DNA from: Bugula neritina
Taxonomy: Eukaryota > Animalia > Bryozoa
Direction of reading: 5' to 3'
DNA: 64,000 nucleotides
Assembly (NCBI GenBank): GCA_964035545.1
Contig: OZ037772.1
Coordinates: 3,749,538 to 3,813,537, forward strand
This document shows positions 28,101 to 40,842 of this stretch, in pieces. The first letter of the stretch is position 1. Each line of letters starts with the position of its first letter. The notes beneath the pieces are model-generated. The model had not been told where the DNA came from. It was given only the letters and a program-made list of their open reading frames with translations, and ran no database searches. A program made the position numbers and the translations under genes.

Positions 28101-29408
28101 ACTGTAGATGGTAAAGTGAGAAGATATAAAGTGGAGAACACAACTCTCTCTCTAATGTGGGAGTTTCCTCACATCTCACGGCCATCTGGTATTTCCTTTG
28201 ATCCAACATCTGAACTGATTCACATCTGTACAAGGGAAGGACCTCTCCTCATCCTCTCACTTGAAGGTAAATACTCTGTTTATTATAGTAAGTTTAGTTA
28301 TTTTATATGTAATTATGTTGTAGTAAATAATATATTTTAATAATTAACAGTAAACAACTTCCACTCATAAGATATATTATGACATTGTTAGTATTTATCA
28401 AGTCACTGATGTTATTTTTAGCTAAAAGTTATGTAATAAAGACTGTAACATGCTGATAGTAGATGTTATATTCTTCATCACATGACTTGTAGCTAATAAT
28501 AATATTAGTGAATAATACTGCCTCCCTACAATAAGTTTATTTCCAGCTGCAGTAACATGCAGGATGTAAGCACAGGTAGAAGTGTATATTATACTGTATA
28601 GGTTTAAGGTGTACTCTGTGTAGTGTGCAGTGAGCTCTTAGTAAACTCTCTTATTCAGTCTTCCTTTCCAAGGGTTCACCTGGTAGTGTAGAGGATAGGG
28701 ACTCCATACTGCTGATTGAGTTGGTGCTGCAAGGGGTTCAAACCCACCTATCAGCATGTCTAGTTAGTATACTATGCAAGTGTTTTACAGTAATTTTAGA
28801 GGTGCTCAGTCTAACAACTGTGCAGACTGCCAGCTACACATGAGTTATGAGTTGTAGTTTGACTTCAGTCTAGTGCTGCTATTGTTTCGGTCATCAGATA
28901 ATTTAAATATAAATAATTTGATACTTATTGACTGCCATTGCTGAGACTATTGTAATTTGATGGTGGCTGGTAGAGCAGTGTTTGCTGGTGGGACTCAGGT
29001 GGCTGTGGTTGGTTCTTGTCAAGTATTTTATATGTGATAGTGTTGGAGTAGCTGCAGTGGTATTAGAAGTAGACATGTGGGTATGTTCTTGCTCAGAGCC
29101 ACAGGCTAAGTTTGTGGGTCAAGGTCAATACAGTTGTATAAGGAGACACTATTTTCTGCTGTTTGAATATTTACTTCATGCATGTAACCTGCTTAGTTCC
29201 ATCTTTAAAGACAGTCTGTCTGTTTCTCTCAATACACACCAACTTATACAATATGATGCTATTATTTACAGGTCAACTGGTGCTTACTGTTCCCAGAGAA
29301 AGTCTTGGTGTGAGTAGCCCCCACGTGTGGGACATTGCTGTGTATAACAGAGACACAGTGTTTCTAGCAGGTGGAGATGGACTGAGGAGATACACAATAA
29401 AATACTAA
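22101..29408 (+). CDS. TRIM/RBCC E3 ubiquitin ligase with C-terminal NHL-like beta-propeller, copy 1 (intact, 620 aa)
   Basis: join(22101-22282,24534-24714,24912-25101,26267-26472,26907-27186,27580-28266,29272-29408) = 1863 nt, all GT-AG and phase-compatible, no stops. RING CGYC-x14-CLHVYCMRC-x13-CAYC; B-box1 CDVC..C..LCQQH..H..H; B-box2 CEHH..CSKC..CMRC; helical coiled coil; NHL-like motifs PDPVCILPDSTLLIGD and RPSGISFDPTSELIHIC. Confidence 0.92.
22589..23104. mobile_element. hAT (Charlie/Buster-like) MITE in TRIM intron, copy 1
   Basis: Termini cagtcattcccaacc / ggtggggaaccactg; partial 8-bp TSD tgttaaag/tgttggat. Same subtermini as 25356-25982. Confidence 0.6.
25356..25982 (-). mobile_element. 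Internally deleted hAT (Charlie/Buster-like) element with transposase remnant, copy 1
   Basis: TIRs cagtggtgtcccacct / aggttggagctactg; 8-bp flanks ctttaact/ctttaatg. Minus strand reads YLVDIFAVLKNLNLK (frameshift) INAFKAELKL, resembling the Buster-family YLxDIFxxLNxLNxxLQ...FKxKLxLW segment. Confidence 0.7.
28676..28750 (+). mobile_element. tRNA-derived SINE-like head (Pol III A and B boxes), copy 1
   Basis: A-box-like TAGTGTAGAGG (28684) and B box GGTTCAAACCC (28735); no convincing cloverleaf. Confidence 0.45.
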
Positions 29409-29585
29409 ACTTATCAGCTACAGTTTGCTAATAATTAGCTCAGTGAGGTGCTGAGAGATAAACTGGATAAAATTTGTCATCAACATAATTATATTCATTA
29501 CAATTCATCATTACACACACTCTGTATTTTTAGTTGGATATGAGATGTTTTACTGTATCAAATATATGTTGCTATTTTACTATCT

Positions 29586-29591
29586 AATAAA
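29586..29591 (+). terminator. Polyadenylation signal of TRIM copy 1
   Basis: AATAAA ~180 nt after the stop codon, followed by T/GT-rich sequence; conserved at 50076-50081. Confidence 0.55.
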
Positions 29592-30377
29592 GTTTATTTG
29601 TTAGTGAAAACATAGTCTGTTTTCATGTCTCATTAGCTTAGTTCAAGTTGAGTTCGATTAGTAAAAATAATCTTTACTGGAGCAGTAACTGTAAATGACT
29701 TGTCTGTGGGAGAATTTATTTACTGAATTGACATGCAGGTGCAAGTAACTCCAACATGACTTAGCAAATTTATTCAAACCACACATGATACATAATATAG
29801 ATTCCATTGCTGTGTACAACAGCAACGAGTAGCCAATCAAATTGTTTCTTGTCATGCAATCAGGAATCTGATAAATAATATATAAGTCAATCAACTAGAT
29901 ATAAACACTGTTTTACTGTACACATGAGCTGTCTGTGATGCAGCTGCTTTGTAAAATGTGTGTAATTTGATGAGTTTAGTTCAATTGGTTGCAGTTTAAT
30001 TATGACGTGTTCTCCATTCACCTGGTAGAAACATCAGGAGGTATAATAGAAGACAACTCCTAAGCATGTCCAAAGGCATGCTTTTAGTAAACAATATATT
30101 GCAATGCTACCATCTGATTAGACAACTTAGTTCTCATGCAACAGCTTAGAGCTCCTGTGTATATTGCAACTAGTTACCAAATGGTAATGACAACATTTAC
30201 ATGTAAACTCAACTCTCTTAAAAATAGCCATTATAGTACTATAGTAGGGAGTTTTGCTGATGTGTTTGTATTATTTCTACCTGCAGGGCTGATTACATTA
30301 TAAATTGTTTAATCTTATCTTGGAGTTGTGCCTCCAAATTAATCAAGTAACTTGTATTTTCTATTGTCTGTTGTCAG

Positions 30378-30545
30378 GTGGATCCAGATGGTGGCTCCAT
30401 AGCTAATGCTATCCAGGCTTACTGTGGCAAGGAAATGAAGAGCACTTGTATCAATGCCAAGACCGCGGAGTTTGCCATCAAGTCGTACGTCACCCAGCAG
30501 CTAGATAATCAGCCATTCGTTGCTAAACACATGGGAACAGCACTC
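30378..30545 (+). pseudogene. Orphan third copy of a collagen C-propeptide exon
   Basis: Open 168-nt exon VDPDGGSIANAIQAYCGKEMKSTCINAKTAEFAIKSYVTQQLDNQPFVAKHMGTAL with intact AG/GT, lying upstream of Gly-X-Y exons (out of gene order). Confidence 0.85.
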
Positions 30546-30639
30546 GTGAGTGTTTATCTTGTATCAACCATGACTGTCTTAGTAATAGTAAAGAATATCC
30601 AAGAGTTTTATGTTGAGCATTGTTTCCTTCACATCTATA

Positions 30640-30780
30640 CTATATGCTGGGGTTTTCCACACACCTATGCTATATGCTGTGGTTTCCTTCCCACATATGC
30701 TATATGCTGGGGTTTCCTTCCCACATATGCTATATGCTGGGGTTTCCTTTCCACATATGCTATATGCTGGGGTTTCCCTC
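30640..30780. repeat. 30-bp tandem repeat (tatgctatatgctggggtttccttcccaca), ~4.5 copies, at the duplication junction
   Basis: Visible tandem units; the last unit runs into atgctggggtttccctcacagctagtctg, homologous to 11054-11080. Confidence 0.85.
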
Positions 30781-30807
30781 ACAGCTAGTCTGTCACTTAT
30801 TTTCAGG

Positions 30808-33800
30808 AGCTGTTTATCTGGAGTACTGGGTGCTGATGGTAGACCTGGAGAAGAGGGTGCTTATCATAGACCTGGGGAGCATGGCGATCAAGGACTTCTT
30901 CGCCTCATGGGTATACAGTGGGAATCCCCGGTAACCAGGGACCTGAAGGTGCTCAAGGAGACAAGGGTGATAAGGCAAGGACATTTTTTATTCAGTTTTC
31001 TCTTTATTTTAGTTCTCTGATTTTTCACTAGCCAATCCTTTAGTTGTTTATTTATAGGGGCCAGCTGGGCCACAGGGTTCTTCTGGACCAACTGGATTTT
31101 CTGGACCAGCGAGTCCACGTGGGCCAACTGGTCCTCAAGGACCCCAGGGAGCTGAAGTAATTCCCGGTGAACAAGGACCTAAATGTATGAATTAAGTTGA
31201 ACCAATCTTTGTGCTTAGTTATTGACCATCAACAGAATCTTTGCTCTAAGAGTTATCCTTCTTAGTAGGAAGGTAAGGCAACTCCTAACTCATGATAATA
31301 TGAATATCATCTGCTGTTGAAAGACCCACTGGTTTCCAGGGACTTCAGGGATTCCCCGGAGCTCCTGTTATTGATGGTGAAAGGGGAGATGTCGGACCAG
31401 TTGGTATTGCTGGACCACCCAGGCTACGGGGTTCGGATGGCAAACAAGGAATTACTGGTCCTCCTGGTGCTATGGGTGGTATGGGACCACCTGGACCTGA
31501 TGGTGCTAAGGTAAACACTTACACTGCTAACAGGTTATTGTTACTCATCTTGTTAGTTTAGTGGTAATAAACCAATAGTCTGTATTTCTAGGGTGAACAA
31601 GGGAGAGATGGGGAAATGGGTAGTCCTGGCAGACCTGGACCTCCTGGACTTCCTGGTGAAGCCCCAGTATTTGGTTAGTTATTAGCAAAACCAAGTTATT
31701 GTTCATTACTTGTATCTTTTTCATTCTCTTCCAACTGTGTATTGGTAATATTTTGGGAATTTCATCCATAGCTTGTGATTGAAGCTTTTATTTTATTCTA
31801 CCATGGGTTATGTTAGGTGCTCCCCCTATGATGATGAGTGCAATGATGTCCAACAGTAAAGGTGTACAAGCAGATGATGCAGGCGCCAACAATGAGCTCT
31901 ATAATATGTACCTCAGTGAGTAATGGCCATGATGTGCTTTGATGTTGCCCGATTTGTAGTGGAAAGGGCTTTTTGAATGCTGTTTTGGAACTCAAATGAC
32001 AGACTCGTTTCAAATTGTTTATGTTTTTGCAAACAAACATTTTTATAATTAACTGCTAGAAACTATTGTAATAAAAATAGAGACAGCTGTTATAATGTGT
32101 TTCTCCTCCTAGCATTGATGATTGACATTCTTGTTTGATGAGTCACCTATTTAGTTCGTTTCTCCAGTTAAATGTTGCTACATTCTGACATATTATATAA
32201 TGTTGATTTTATTGCTGTTAGCTTACATCACTACTTCCACCTTATTTCTCTAGAAACAAAAGTAAGAGACGGGTCCAAAGACAGCCCTGTTAGAGACTGT
32301 AGAGAACTCTTCACTGAAAACCCAGAGTTCAAGAGTGGAACTTAATGGGTGAGAGAAGATGCTGATATGTTTCTATTTTCTCTGCTCAGAGGAAATCTGC
32401 ATCCAAGTCTAATGACTGAAATTTTGTGAACATGTTTTACATTCTACAATTACTACTCCTGAGATGTCAATATAATGTCATGTGAAGTTTCCACAGATAT
32501 TTAATGAATTGTTGTTTAGGAAAAAAAGTTTTCCCATGAGTTGCCTGTATTATATAATTCTGTATATTCAACAGCTGAACATGTTTTAGTAGTTTTATTT
32601 GATATTAGCATTATGTTAGTGTGAAATAGAGAAGTTGTATTCTCTATTGTTTGTTGTCAGGTGGATCCAGATGGTGGCTCCATAGCTAATGCTATCCAGG
32701 CTTACTGTCGCAAGGAAATGAAGAGCACTTGCATCAATGCCAAGACCTCTGAGTTTGCCACCAAGTCGTGCGTCACCCAGCAGCTAGATAATCAGCCATT
32801 CGTTGCTAAACACATGGAAACAGCACTCGTGAGTGTTTAACTTGTATCAGCCATGACTTTCTCTGTATTATTTTAAAATATCTAAAAGTTTTTTTGTTGA
32901 GCATTTTCGCTATTGTAACATATTTGTTTATTGTATAAGGATGTTGATAAGTGTTGCTATAGTAACATGTGGGTTTCCTGTATGGATGTTGATAAGTGTT
33001 GCTATAGTAACTTGTAGTTTGTAGTTTGAGTATCAGGCAGAGTTTTCCCAATTCTCAGCTTCCTTCGAATTCACTCTGAGAGAGCAAACCCTGACTTACA
33101 GGTAATAGTCACTGCTAGCAGCTTATCAAATAGTCACTAGTCGCTAGTCACCAGATATTAGTCCTCTACTATGTTGCTAGTCACTTGATAATCTGAACAA
33201 TCACAGGCTTCTTCTTAAGCTGAGCGAGTTGTTGGTATGACTATTCCCTTTGCCGATTGTAGATGTATAAACTCAGTGGCGGTAGAAGACGCATTCGGTA
33301 GGAATAATAAGTCAGTCATTTTATATACAGCTGGTGATAAAGAATACACAGCAACATTTAGCAGGTTCCAATTTTCCGTGCTGCAGAGTGATTGCAAGGT
33401 ATGTAAATCCGACCTATATAGCGTAAATCAGACCTACATACTGTAAATCTGACCTATATACTGTGAATCTGACCTATATACTGTAAATCTGACGTATATA
33501 ATGTAAATCTGACCTATATAGTGTAAATCTAATCTATATAGTGTAAATTCTACCTACATATGAACATGATTGCGATAGTTGCATCTTTTTTTCTATTAAG
33601 ATACAATATAGCTTGCCTTTGAGGCTTTTTAACAACTACTTATGAGTTCAACCCAAAAGCCACTTTGATTTCTGTGCAAGTTTAGAATTTTGAGTTTGCC
33701 CTCTGCCATTTTGTAGTATTCCAAATACCATCAGAAGCTCTGACAGTGATTGAGATTGACACCAAGACCTCCACCCACTTGCCTATTATTGACATTGCTC

Positions 33801-33865
33801 TTGGTGACATCGGGACCACCCACAAAGAGTTTGGGGTTCAGCTTGGAGAAGTCTGCTTTTCATAG
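30808..33865 (+). pseudogene. Fibrillar collagen pseudogene, 3' part, copy 2
   Basis: Same exons as copy 1 from ~11556 onward; private TAA at 32343 (TAT in copy 1). Retains the natural end LPIIDIALGDIGTTHKEFGVQLGEVCFS* (TAG 33863-33865). Confidence 0.9.
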
Positions 33866-34596
33866 ACTCATATCTAACAACAGTGTTATTTGTCTGATTT
33901 GTAAGACTGTCCCTGATTAGATAATTAGTGGCCAATCAGAGAATGCAATCAATGTTTGGTTGGCTGAGACCAGCAGTCTGATTTTTATATAACCTAATTT
34001 TTAAATGAAAGATTTGATTACTCTATAATTAAATTTATCCGAGACTTCCAAGGCAGTGACGGTGATTTTTGTACATATAAATTTGAAGAAGTTTAGCTAT
34101 AGGGTTTATGCTGTTTTTTAATTATTCCACCATAACCTGAGATTGTGAGTAGTGATTCTAGAATGAGATAGGGAGGGTCTTATGCCCCTCCCTGTGATTT
34201 TATATATTTTGAAACTGTTGTTGATTTAGTAATTCTGTTGGTGCTACATTTTTAAATTTATTTAATCCAATCATTTCTTTAATATTACAAAATATATTTT
34301 ACCATACAGCACTACACAACTTATTTCTCAGCTTGTAAATTTCATCATCAAAATTATTACAGTACTAAAGTTGGTCACAGATTTCTGATAAGCTGCAGTT
34401 TTCAGATTTGATTATTTAACCTATTCATCCTGAAATGAGACATTGTTAGTTTAAAATGGAGTGTAACATATATTTTAGTTACTTAGTTCCAACTGTGTTG
34501 ACCATATCAACATTTTAAATTTTACTTTGGCTGCTATGAAGTATAATATAAGCAAATGGCATTAAGTTATTAATATATAATAAGGTTTGCAAAGAC

Positions 34597-34739
34597 TTAA
34601 TATACCAAGCAACTGTGACAAGACATGACAATAACTCCAGCCAATCATACATAGGACTTTGTTCAACTACCTTCAAAACCAGACTCAACAACCATAAAGC
34701 CTCTTTCCTACATGCAGATAAAACCAACAGCACACAACT

Positions 34740-34746
<7 letters not shown>
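34597..34746 (+). mobile_element. Penelope-like retroelement fragment (GIY-YIG endonuclease)
   Basis: LIYQATVTRHDNNSSQSYIGLCSTTFKTRLNNHKASFLHADKTNSTQL: IY...YIG...FKxRxxNH pattern typical of Penelope-like GIY-YIG domains; ends in (TA)n. Confidence 0.7.

Positions 34747-34806
<60 letters not shown>
34745..34806. repeat. (TA)n microsatellite
   Basis: TA run; shorter paralog at ~15127-15163. Confidence 0.95.
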
Positions 34807-34808
<2 letters not shown>

Positions 34809-35107
34809 AGATTGAGATATATATAAATATAATATATATGCGGCCCAGAGAGGAACTCAGTCATCATGAACTCCAATGTCAATAATTTGAATATATTACA
34901 ATAATACATATATAGTATATTATTATTATTCTTTCAGGATAACCATTCTATTTATATTAACACCTGTTTATTTGAAGTAATTTAATAAGTTTTGCTGTAA
35001 ATTTATTTCTCAAACCAGCATGTCAGTTAAATATAAAAGTTAAATTACACACACAACAGATAAACATGCAGTGATATACATTATAAAGCATATCATGTTG
35101 GTGAATT

Positions 35108-36492
35108 GCTATACAGTATATTATGTTATACATTATATTATGTTATACAGTATATTATGTTATACAGTATATTATGTTATACAGTATATTATGTTATACG
35201 TTATATTATGTTATACATTATATTATGTTATACGGTATATTATGTTATACATTATATTATATTATACAGTATATTATGTTATACAGTATATTATGTTATA
35301 CAGTATATTATGTTATACATTATATTATGTTATACAGTATACTATGTTATACAGTATACTATGTTATACAGTATATTATGTTATACAGTATACTATATTA
35401 TACAGTATATTATGTTATACATTATATTATGTTATACAGTATACTATGTTATACAGTATACTATGTTATACAGTATATTATGTTATACGGTATATTATGT
35501 TATACATTATATTATGTTATACGGTATATTATGTTATACATTATATTATGTTATACGGTATATTATGTTATACATTATATTATGTTATACGGTATATTAT
35601 GTCATACATTATATTATGTTATACGGTATATTATGTTATACATTATATTATATTATACAGTATATTATGTTATACAGTATACTATGTTATACAGTATATT
35701 ATGTTATACAGTATATTATGTTATACAGTATATTATGTTATACAGTATATTATGTTATACATTATATTATGTTATACAGTATACTATGTTATACAGTATA
35801 CTATGTTATACAGTATATTATGTTATACAGTATACTATATTATACAGTATATTATGTTATACATTATATTATGTCATACAGTATATTATGTTATACAGTA
35901 TAATGAGTTTTACAGTATATTATGTTATACAGTATATTATGTTATACAGTATACTATGTTATACAGTATATTATGTCATACAGTATATTATGTTTTACAG
36001 TATATTATGGTATACAGTATCTTATGTTATACAGTATATTATGTTATACAGTATACTATGTTATACAGTATACTATGTCATACAGTATATTATGTCATAC
36101 AGTGTACTATGTTATACAGTATACTATGTTATACAGTATACTATGTTATACAGTATACTATGTTATACAGTATATTATGTTATACAGTATACTATGTCAT
36201 ACAGTATATTATGTCATACAGTATATTACGTTATACAGTATATTATGTTATACAGTATATTATGTAATACAGTATACTATGTTATACAGTATATTATGTT
36301 ATACAGTATATTATGTTATACAGTATATTATGTTATACAGTATACTATGTTATACAGTATACTATGTTATACGGTATATTATGTTATACAGTATAATATG
36401 TTATACGGTATATTATGTTATACAGTATAATATGCTATACAGTATACTATGTCATACAGTATACTATGTTATACAGTGTATAATGTTATACA
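35108..36492. repeat. 17-bp minisatellite, ~81 units, copy 2
   Basis: Same unit and flanks as 15450-16255, but longer. Confidence 0.97.
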
Positions 36493-37864
36493 TAGACTGG
36501 AGTATGATTTATTAATCCAATCAGATGCAAGTATGAACTGCGTGTTCCTGTAAAGTTTAGCCAATCATAATCCTGTGCCAACTTTAGTGTCTCACAGTTA
36601 GTGAACTGCAAAAAAACCAACTCATTCACCACCATGTCAGTCAAATAATATAATATAAAGTATATTATGTAGCAACAGCTGGGCTGTGGTGAAACTCTAC
36701 TAGTCTATATTCTTACATGCAGACATGCATATTTAATTAATTTAACATTTTAAAAATGAACTTAAAATCCAAGAATTTAAAATATGAAACAAAATAATGT
36801 GTCCTATAAAAATAGCACAGCTTCTTAGAAGCAAGTATTTTACGCTTGAACATGCAGAATTTGTACAGCTTATAATGGTGACATTGTTGAATTGATACAC
36901 ACCTCTGATTGGATGTGTTTTACATAATAAAACAATTGTTCATCACTTTTATTATTAGTCTAAGGTTGACAATAATTTACACTGTTAGTTATTGGTTGTA
37001 AACTGATTAGTTCATCATTAAGTACTTGTTTGCTGCTGCCTGGTTTATAACTGCTTATCACAATTTTAATAACAAGGAAATTATCTTCTCTTGTTGTCTT
37101 CAGGTGCTACTGTATTTGACAGGTTTCCCTGTTAATAAAGTAATCTTATACTGATACTGATGACATCCACAAATACTTGTGTAGGGGAACAATTGACTCT
37201 TTTCTACAACAGGAAAAGAATTGGTAAGACACGTACTAATAATATTACATAGCTTATTTTATCAATTTACTTATCCTTAATTTTATTGATTAAAAGTTAC
37301 TTGCATGTAGGCTATTTTATAAATTGTTCCTATAAGACTAATTTGGGTGTACCTATACAATACCAGGATTACATACGACTGTGGGATTATGCGGAGTACA
37401 CATTAAATCATAGACAGTGTCAATAGTAGTTACGGTAGACTTTGCTCTTGGTGAGTTTGTTGGAAGAATTTACAGTCCAGTTCTTCGTGATGGAAAATTT
37501 TAATCTGCAGAGCAACTCTTATTGAAAAACTGTTATATAAAGTTTATTACTTCAAATACTATACAAATATTATTAGTAGCTTGACATTTGTTATCATTAA
37601 GGAGTGTTTAATATAAATATAATACTTGAGATAAACATTCTCATGTGATATACTGCAACCTAAAGTTATATCATATGACTTGACTATCTCTACTAGAGTT
37701 AGGGTGGGTCACCTGACAGCCCACACATATCCATACACTACATCACATACTGTAGGAAAACTGGCACAGCTGAGGCTAGGCTGGCTAATAAGTATGGAGT
37801 AGTTGACCCAGCAGTTAGATACTTTGTTATAGAGACTCTAACTTTCTAGTAGTAGAAATAAAAG

Positions 37865-38288
37865 CAAGAGTGTCCAACCTTTTCAGAGCGAGGGCCACTG
37901 CATGAAAGCAATTAATACTTCATGACGAAGGCCATATTGGACACGTTAGCTTGCTCTGATGGCCACAGCATCAGTATTTTTAAATTTACTTTATTCCAAA
38001 TTCCTATAAATCACTACACAATAAAGTTCCAATAGTTACTGTTTTATAGCATGTGTATAAGTAAGACATTAGAAAGATAGCTTCTCACTCTAATCCATGT
38101 ATACATGTGAAATATTGTTTTAGTTTTTTGCCTTTGAGGGCCACATATAAATGTAGGCTGGGGGCCACTTAAATGTAGGCTGGGAGCCACATAAATGTGG
38201 GCTGGGGGCCACATAAATGTAGGCTGGGGGCCACATAAATGTAGGCTGGGGGCCACATCCGGCCTGGGCCGCCTGTTGAAAAGCCCTG
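37865..38288. mobile_element. hAT-like MITE with 21-bp internal repeats, copy 2
   Basis: Paralog of 17632-18036, with one more internal unit. Confidence 0.5.
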
Positions 38289-38797
38289 CTTTAAATAGTT
38301 GGTATGTTAGTATGCCAGTGACCTAAAATTTAATGATCACTCTAGTGTTATTTTACACTTAACACAATTCAAATATTGTACATAATAATATATACTATAC
38401 TCCATTAGTATAGTATAGTAGTTGTCACCACCTGCAGGATGGTCACATGACCACTGCTACTTCTCAGACAGTTCACTAAATGACAGAATGAGAAGAATGA
38501 TGGCTGATCAGATGTATAATAACATAGTTTATCAGTTCACTTGCAGTCTTAAATTATTTTTGTTGAAAGTTAGTTGCTTGCATTTTAAAACTTGTTAATA
38601 AAACTATTATAACTATACAATACTAGGTTTATATGTGACTGCAATGGAATATTTACAATGAAATTTACAGTCCAGTTCTTCGTGATGGAAATTTTTTATC
38701 TGCAGAAGAGCTCTAACTGAAAAACTGTTATCTAAAGTTTGTTACTTAGAGTACTATACAAATATTATTAGCAGCTTGACATTTGTTATCATTAAGG

Positions 38798-39814
38798 GGT
38801 GATAATGGTACAATTGGCAAAATAGGTAAAACTATATAGCACATTTTTAATATTAAGGTTTGAGGCAGGTTAAGTAGTTATAGGAAGGAGTTAAGGTTTG
38901 AGAATGAGGTTCTGAGTTTGGGTTTTGAGTTTGGTGGTTTACCCTCCTAATTACGCTTAACGTACTGTACGCCATAACAGCAAATTTCAGCCACTCCTGG
39001 TATAAGTTGCAGCGTTAATCAAGCACTGCTTGGCTCAAAAAATCACACCAGGCAGAGTTGATATGGTACTATAAAATTTAAAAAATACTTTCCGCTGGTT
39101 TGTTTTAATCGCTTATTGTTGATTTAATTTAATAAATTCAAAAGTTTCAAAGGATCAAAATATCTTTTTCCCCTTGCTTAAATTAAACTCAGCTTAAAAA
39201 TGTAGATTTCACTAATTACTAAAGTATGCAAACCAACAATGTAAAAATTAATTGGACAGCTTAAATATTTTTATTATTCAAATTAGTTTGCACAATTATA
39301 TATTTAATAGACACATATATTTAAAGGAGAGGTTTCTTTTTTTAAATGCTTTTATCTAGTCAAGAACATTATTATCACATTTTTTGAAAATAATGTTGCA
39401 ATAATTTGTGAATAATATTCAAAGGAGTACAAGTTATAACCGCAGACAAGAATTAGCCTTATTATGATTGGTCATAGCTCAACGTCATGTGTTGTACTTT
39501 ATGCCAGTGTGTGACGCATGCTGAACAAACGTAACAGCAGGGCAATTTTATTTTTACCGTTTACCGTAAGGTAAATGTGAATAAGGGGTTAGAGTTGAGG
39601 GTTTGATTTTGGAGTTTAAGAAAACTTATAAATACCAGTAAGCCATTTTTCCTGCTAGGCTTTTTCCATTTGTGCCCTTGATACCAGAACCATTATAACC
39701 TGCGTGCCATTTTACCTGCGTGCCATTTTATTTATGCCATTTTACCTGTGCCATTATTACTTGTGCCATTATTATACCTGTGCCATTTTCCCTCTGCCAT
39801 TATTACCTAAAATC
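38798..39814. mobile_element. TIR DNA transposon (Mutator-like), left tip clipped, unit 2
   Basis: Subterminal tandem tgccatt(t/a)ttacct motifs at 39680-39810; the right end ccattattacctaaaatc is inverted relative to ggtgataatgg at the left. Confidence 0.5.
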
Positions 39815-40719
39815 AACTACATTACATCACATGCTGTAGGAACACTGGCACTTGTTATCTAAAGTTTGTTACTTCAAGTACTATACAAATATTATTATTA
39901 GCTTGACATTTCTTATCCCTAAGGGGTGTTTAATATAAATATAATACTTGAGATAAACATTCTCATGTGATATAATGTAGCCTGAAGTTATATCACATGA
40001 CTTGACTATTTCTACTAGAGTTAGGGTGGGTCACCTGACAGCCCACACATACAACTACACTATACACCACATGCTGTAGGAACACTGGCACAGCTGAGGC
40101 TAGGCTGACTAATAAGTATGGAATAGTTGACCCAGCAGTTAAATACTTTGTTATAGAGACTCTAACTTTCTAGTATTAGAATATAAATATTACTCTAAAG
40201 ATTTGGTATATCAGAGAGCCAGTCACTTAACACCAATTATAAACTTGGTTGTCTCAATCAGAGCTGGTCTCTGTGTATTTCAGTGTGTTTTAAAGGTTCT
40301 CTGAAGCTTCCCCGGTCATTATACGAGCTGCCTTTAAATATATACAATAGTTTTAATACAATACAAAGACAATTATTGTTAACACATGTCAAGTAACAGA
40401 ACAGGAATAAGGCCTCTCTGATAGTTATTTGAATATCTACAAGAAGTATAACTAAATATACAATAATAACTACATATCTAGAAACATGCAGAATATTATA
40501 CTAGAAGAAATCTCTTGTAACAAAGTATTGTTACATAACTGGAAGATAGAGAAACTATATTTCTCAATTCAGAACACAATCTGCAATCAGCATTCAGTGC
40601 TGAAATTAAGCAAAAGCGATGACAGTTGTTATATGAATATAATAATATCATGATGTAAATAATGATAATGATATTATATTCATATACCAAATGTCATTGC
40701 AGTTCCCTAAGCCAAGCGT

Positions 40720-40842
40720 AACTGGGTATTGTAGGTCACGTGACTCTACAGATACACGCCCCTTCCGTTGTAACATTATAACGTCATTGAACACAGTCAT
40801 TCACACGTTGACTGAAGAGGGCTACACACTAATAACTCGGAG
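40720..40842 (+). promoter_or_regulatory. Putative TRIM copy 2 promoter and non-coding first exon
   Basis: Paralog of 20540-20660 with gtcacgtgac, cacgcccc and the GAG|gttagt donor retained. Confidence 0.45.

Larger units (their letters stand above)
11050..30030 (+). repeat. Segmental duplication unit 1 (collagen pseudogene plus TRIM gene cassette)
   Basis: Colinear, highly similar to ~30765-50518 across introns and intergenic DNA. Similarity ends at ccattcacctggtagaaa (30030 / 50518). The left boundary is approximate because unit 2 lacks most of ~11085-11545. Confidence 0.92.

Noticed and set aside
28982-29317. 111-aa ORF conserved in both units (also 49482-49811)
   Set aside because: Lies in the last TRIM intron and overlaps the last exon out of frame; conservation is explained by the recent duplication.
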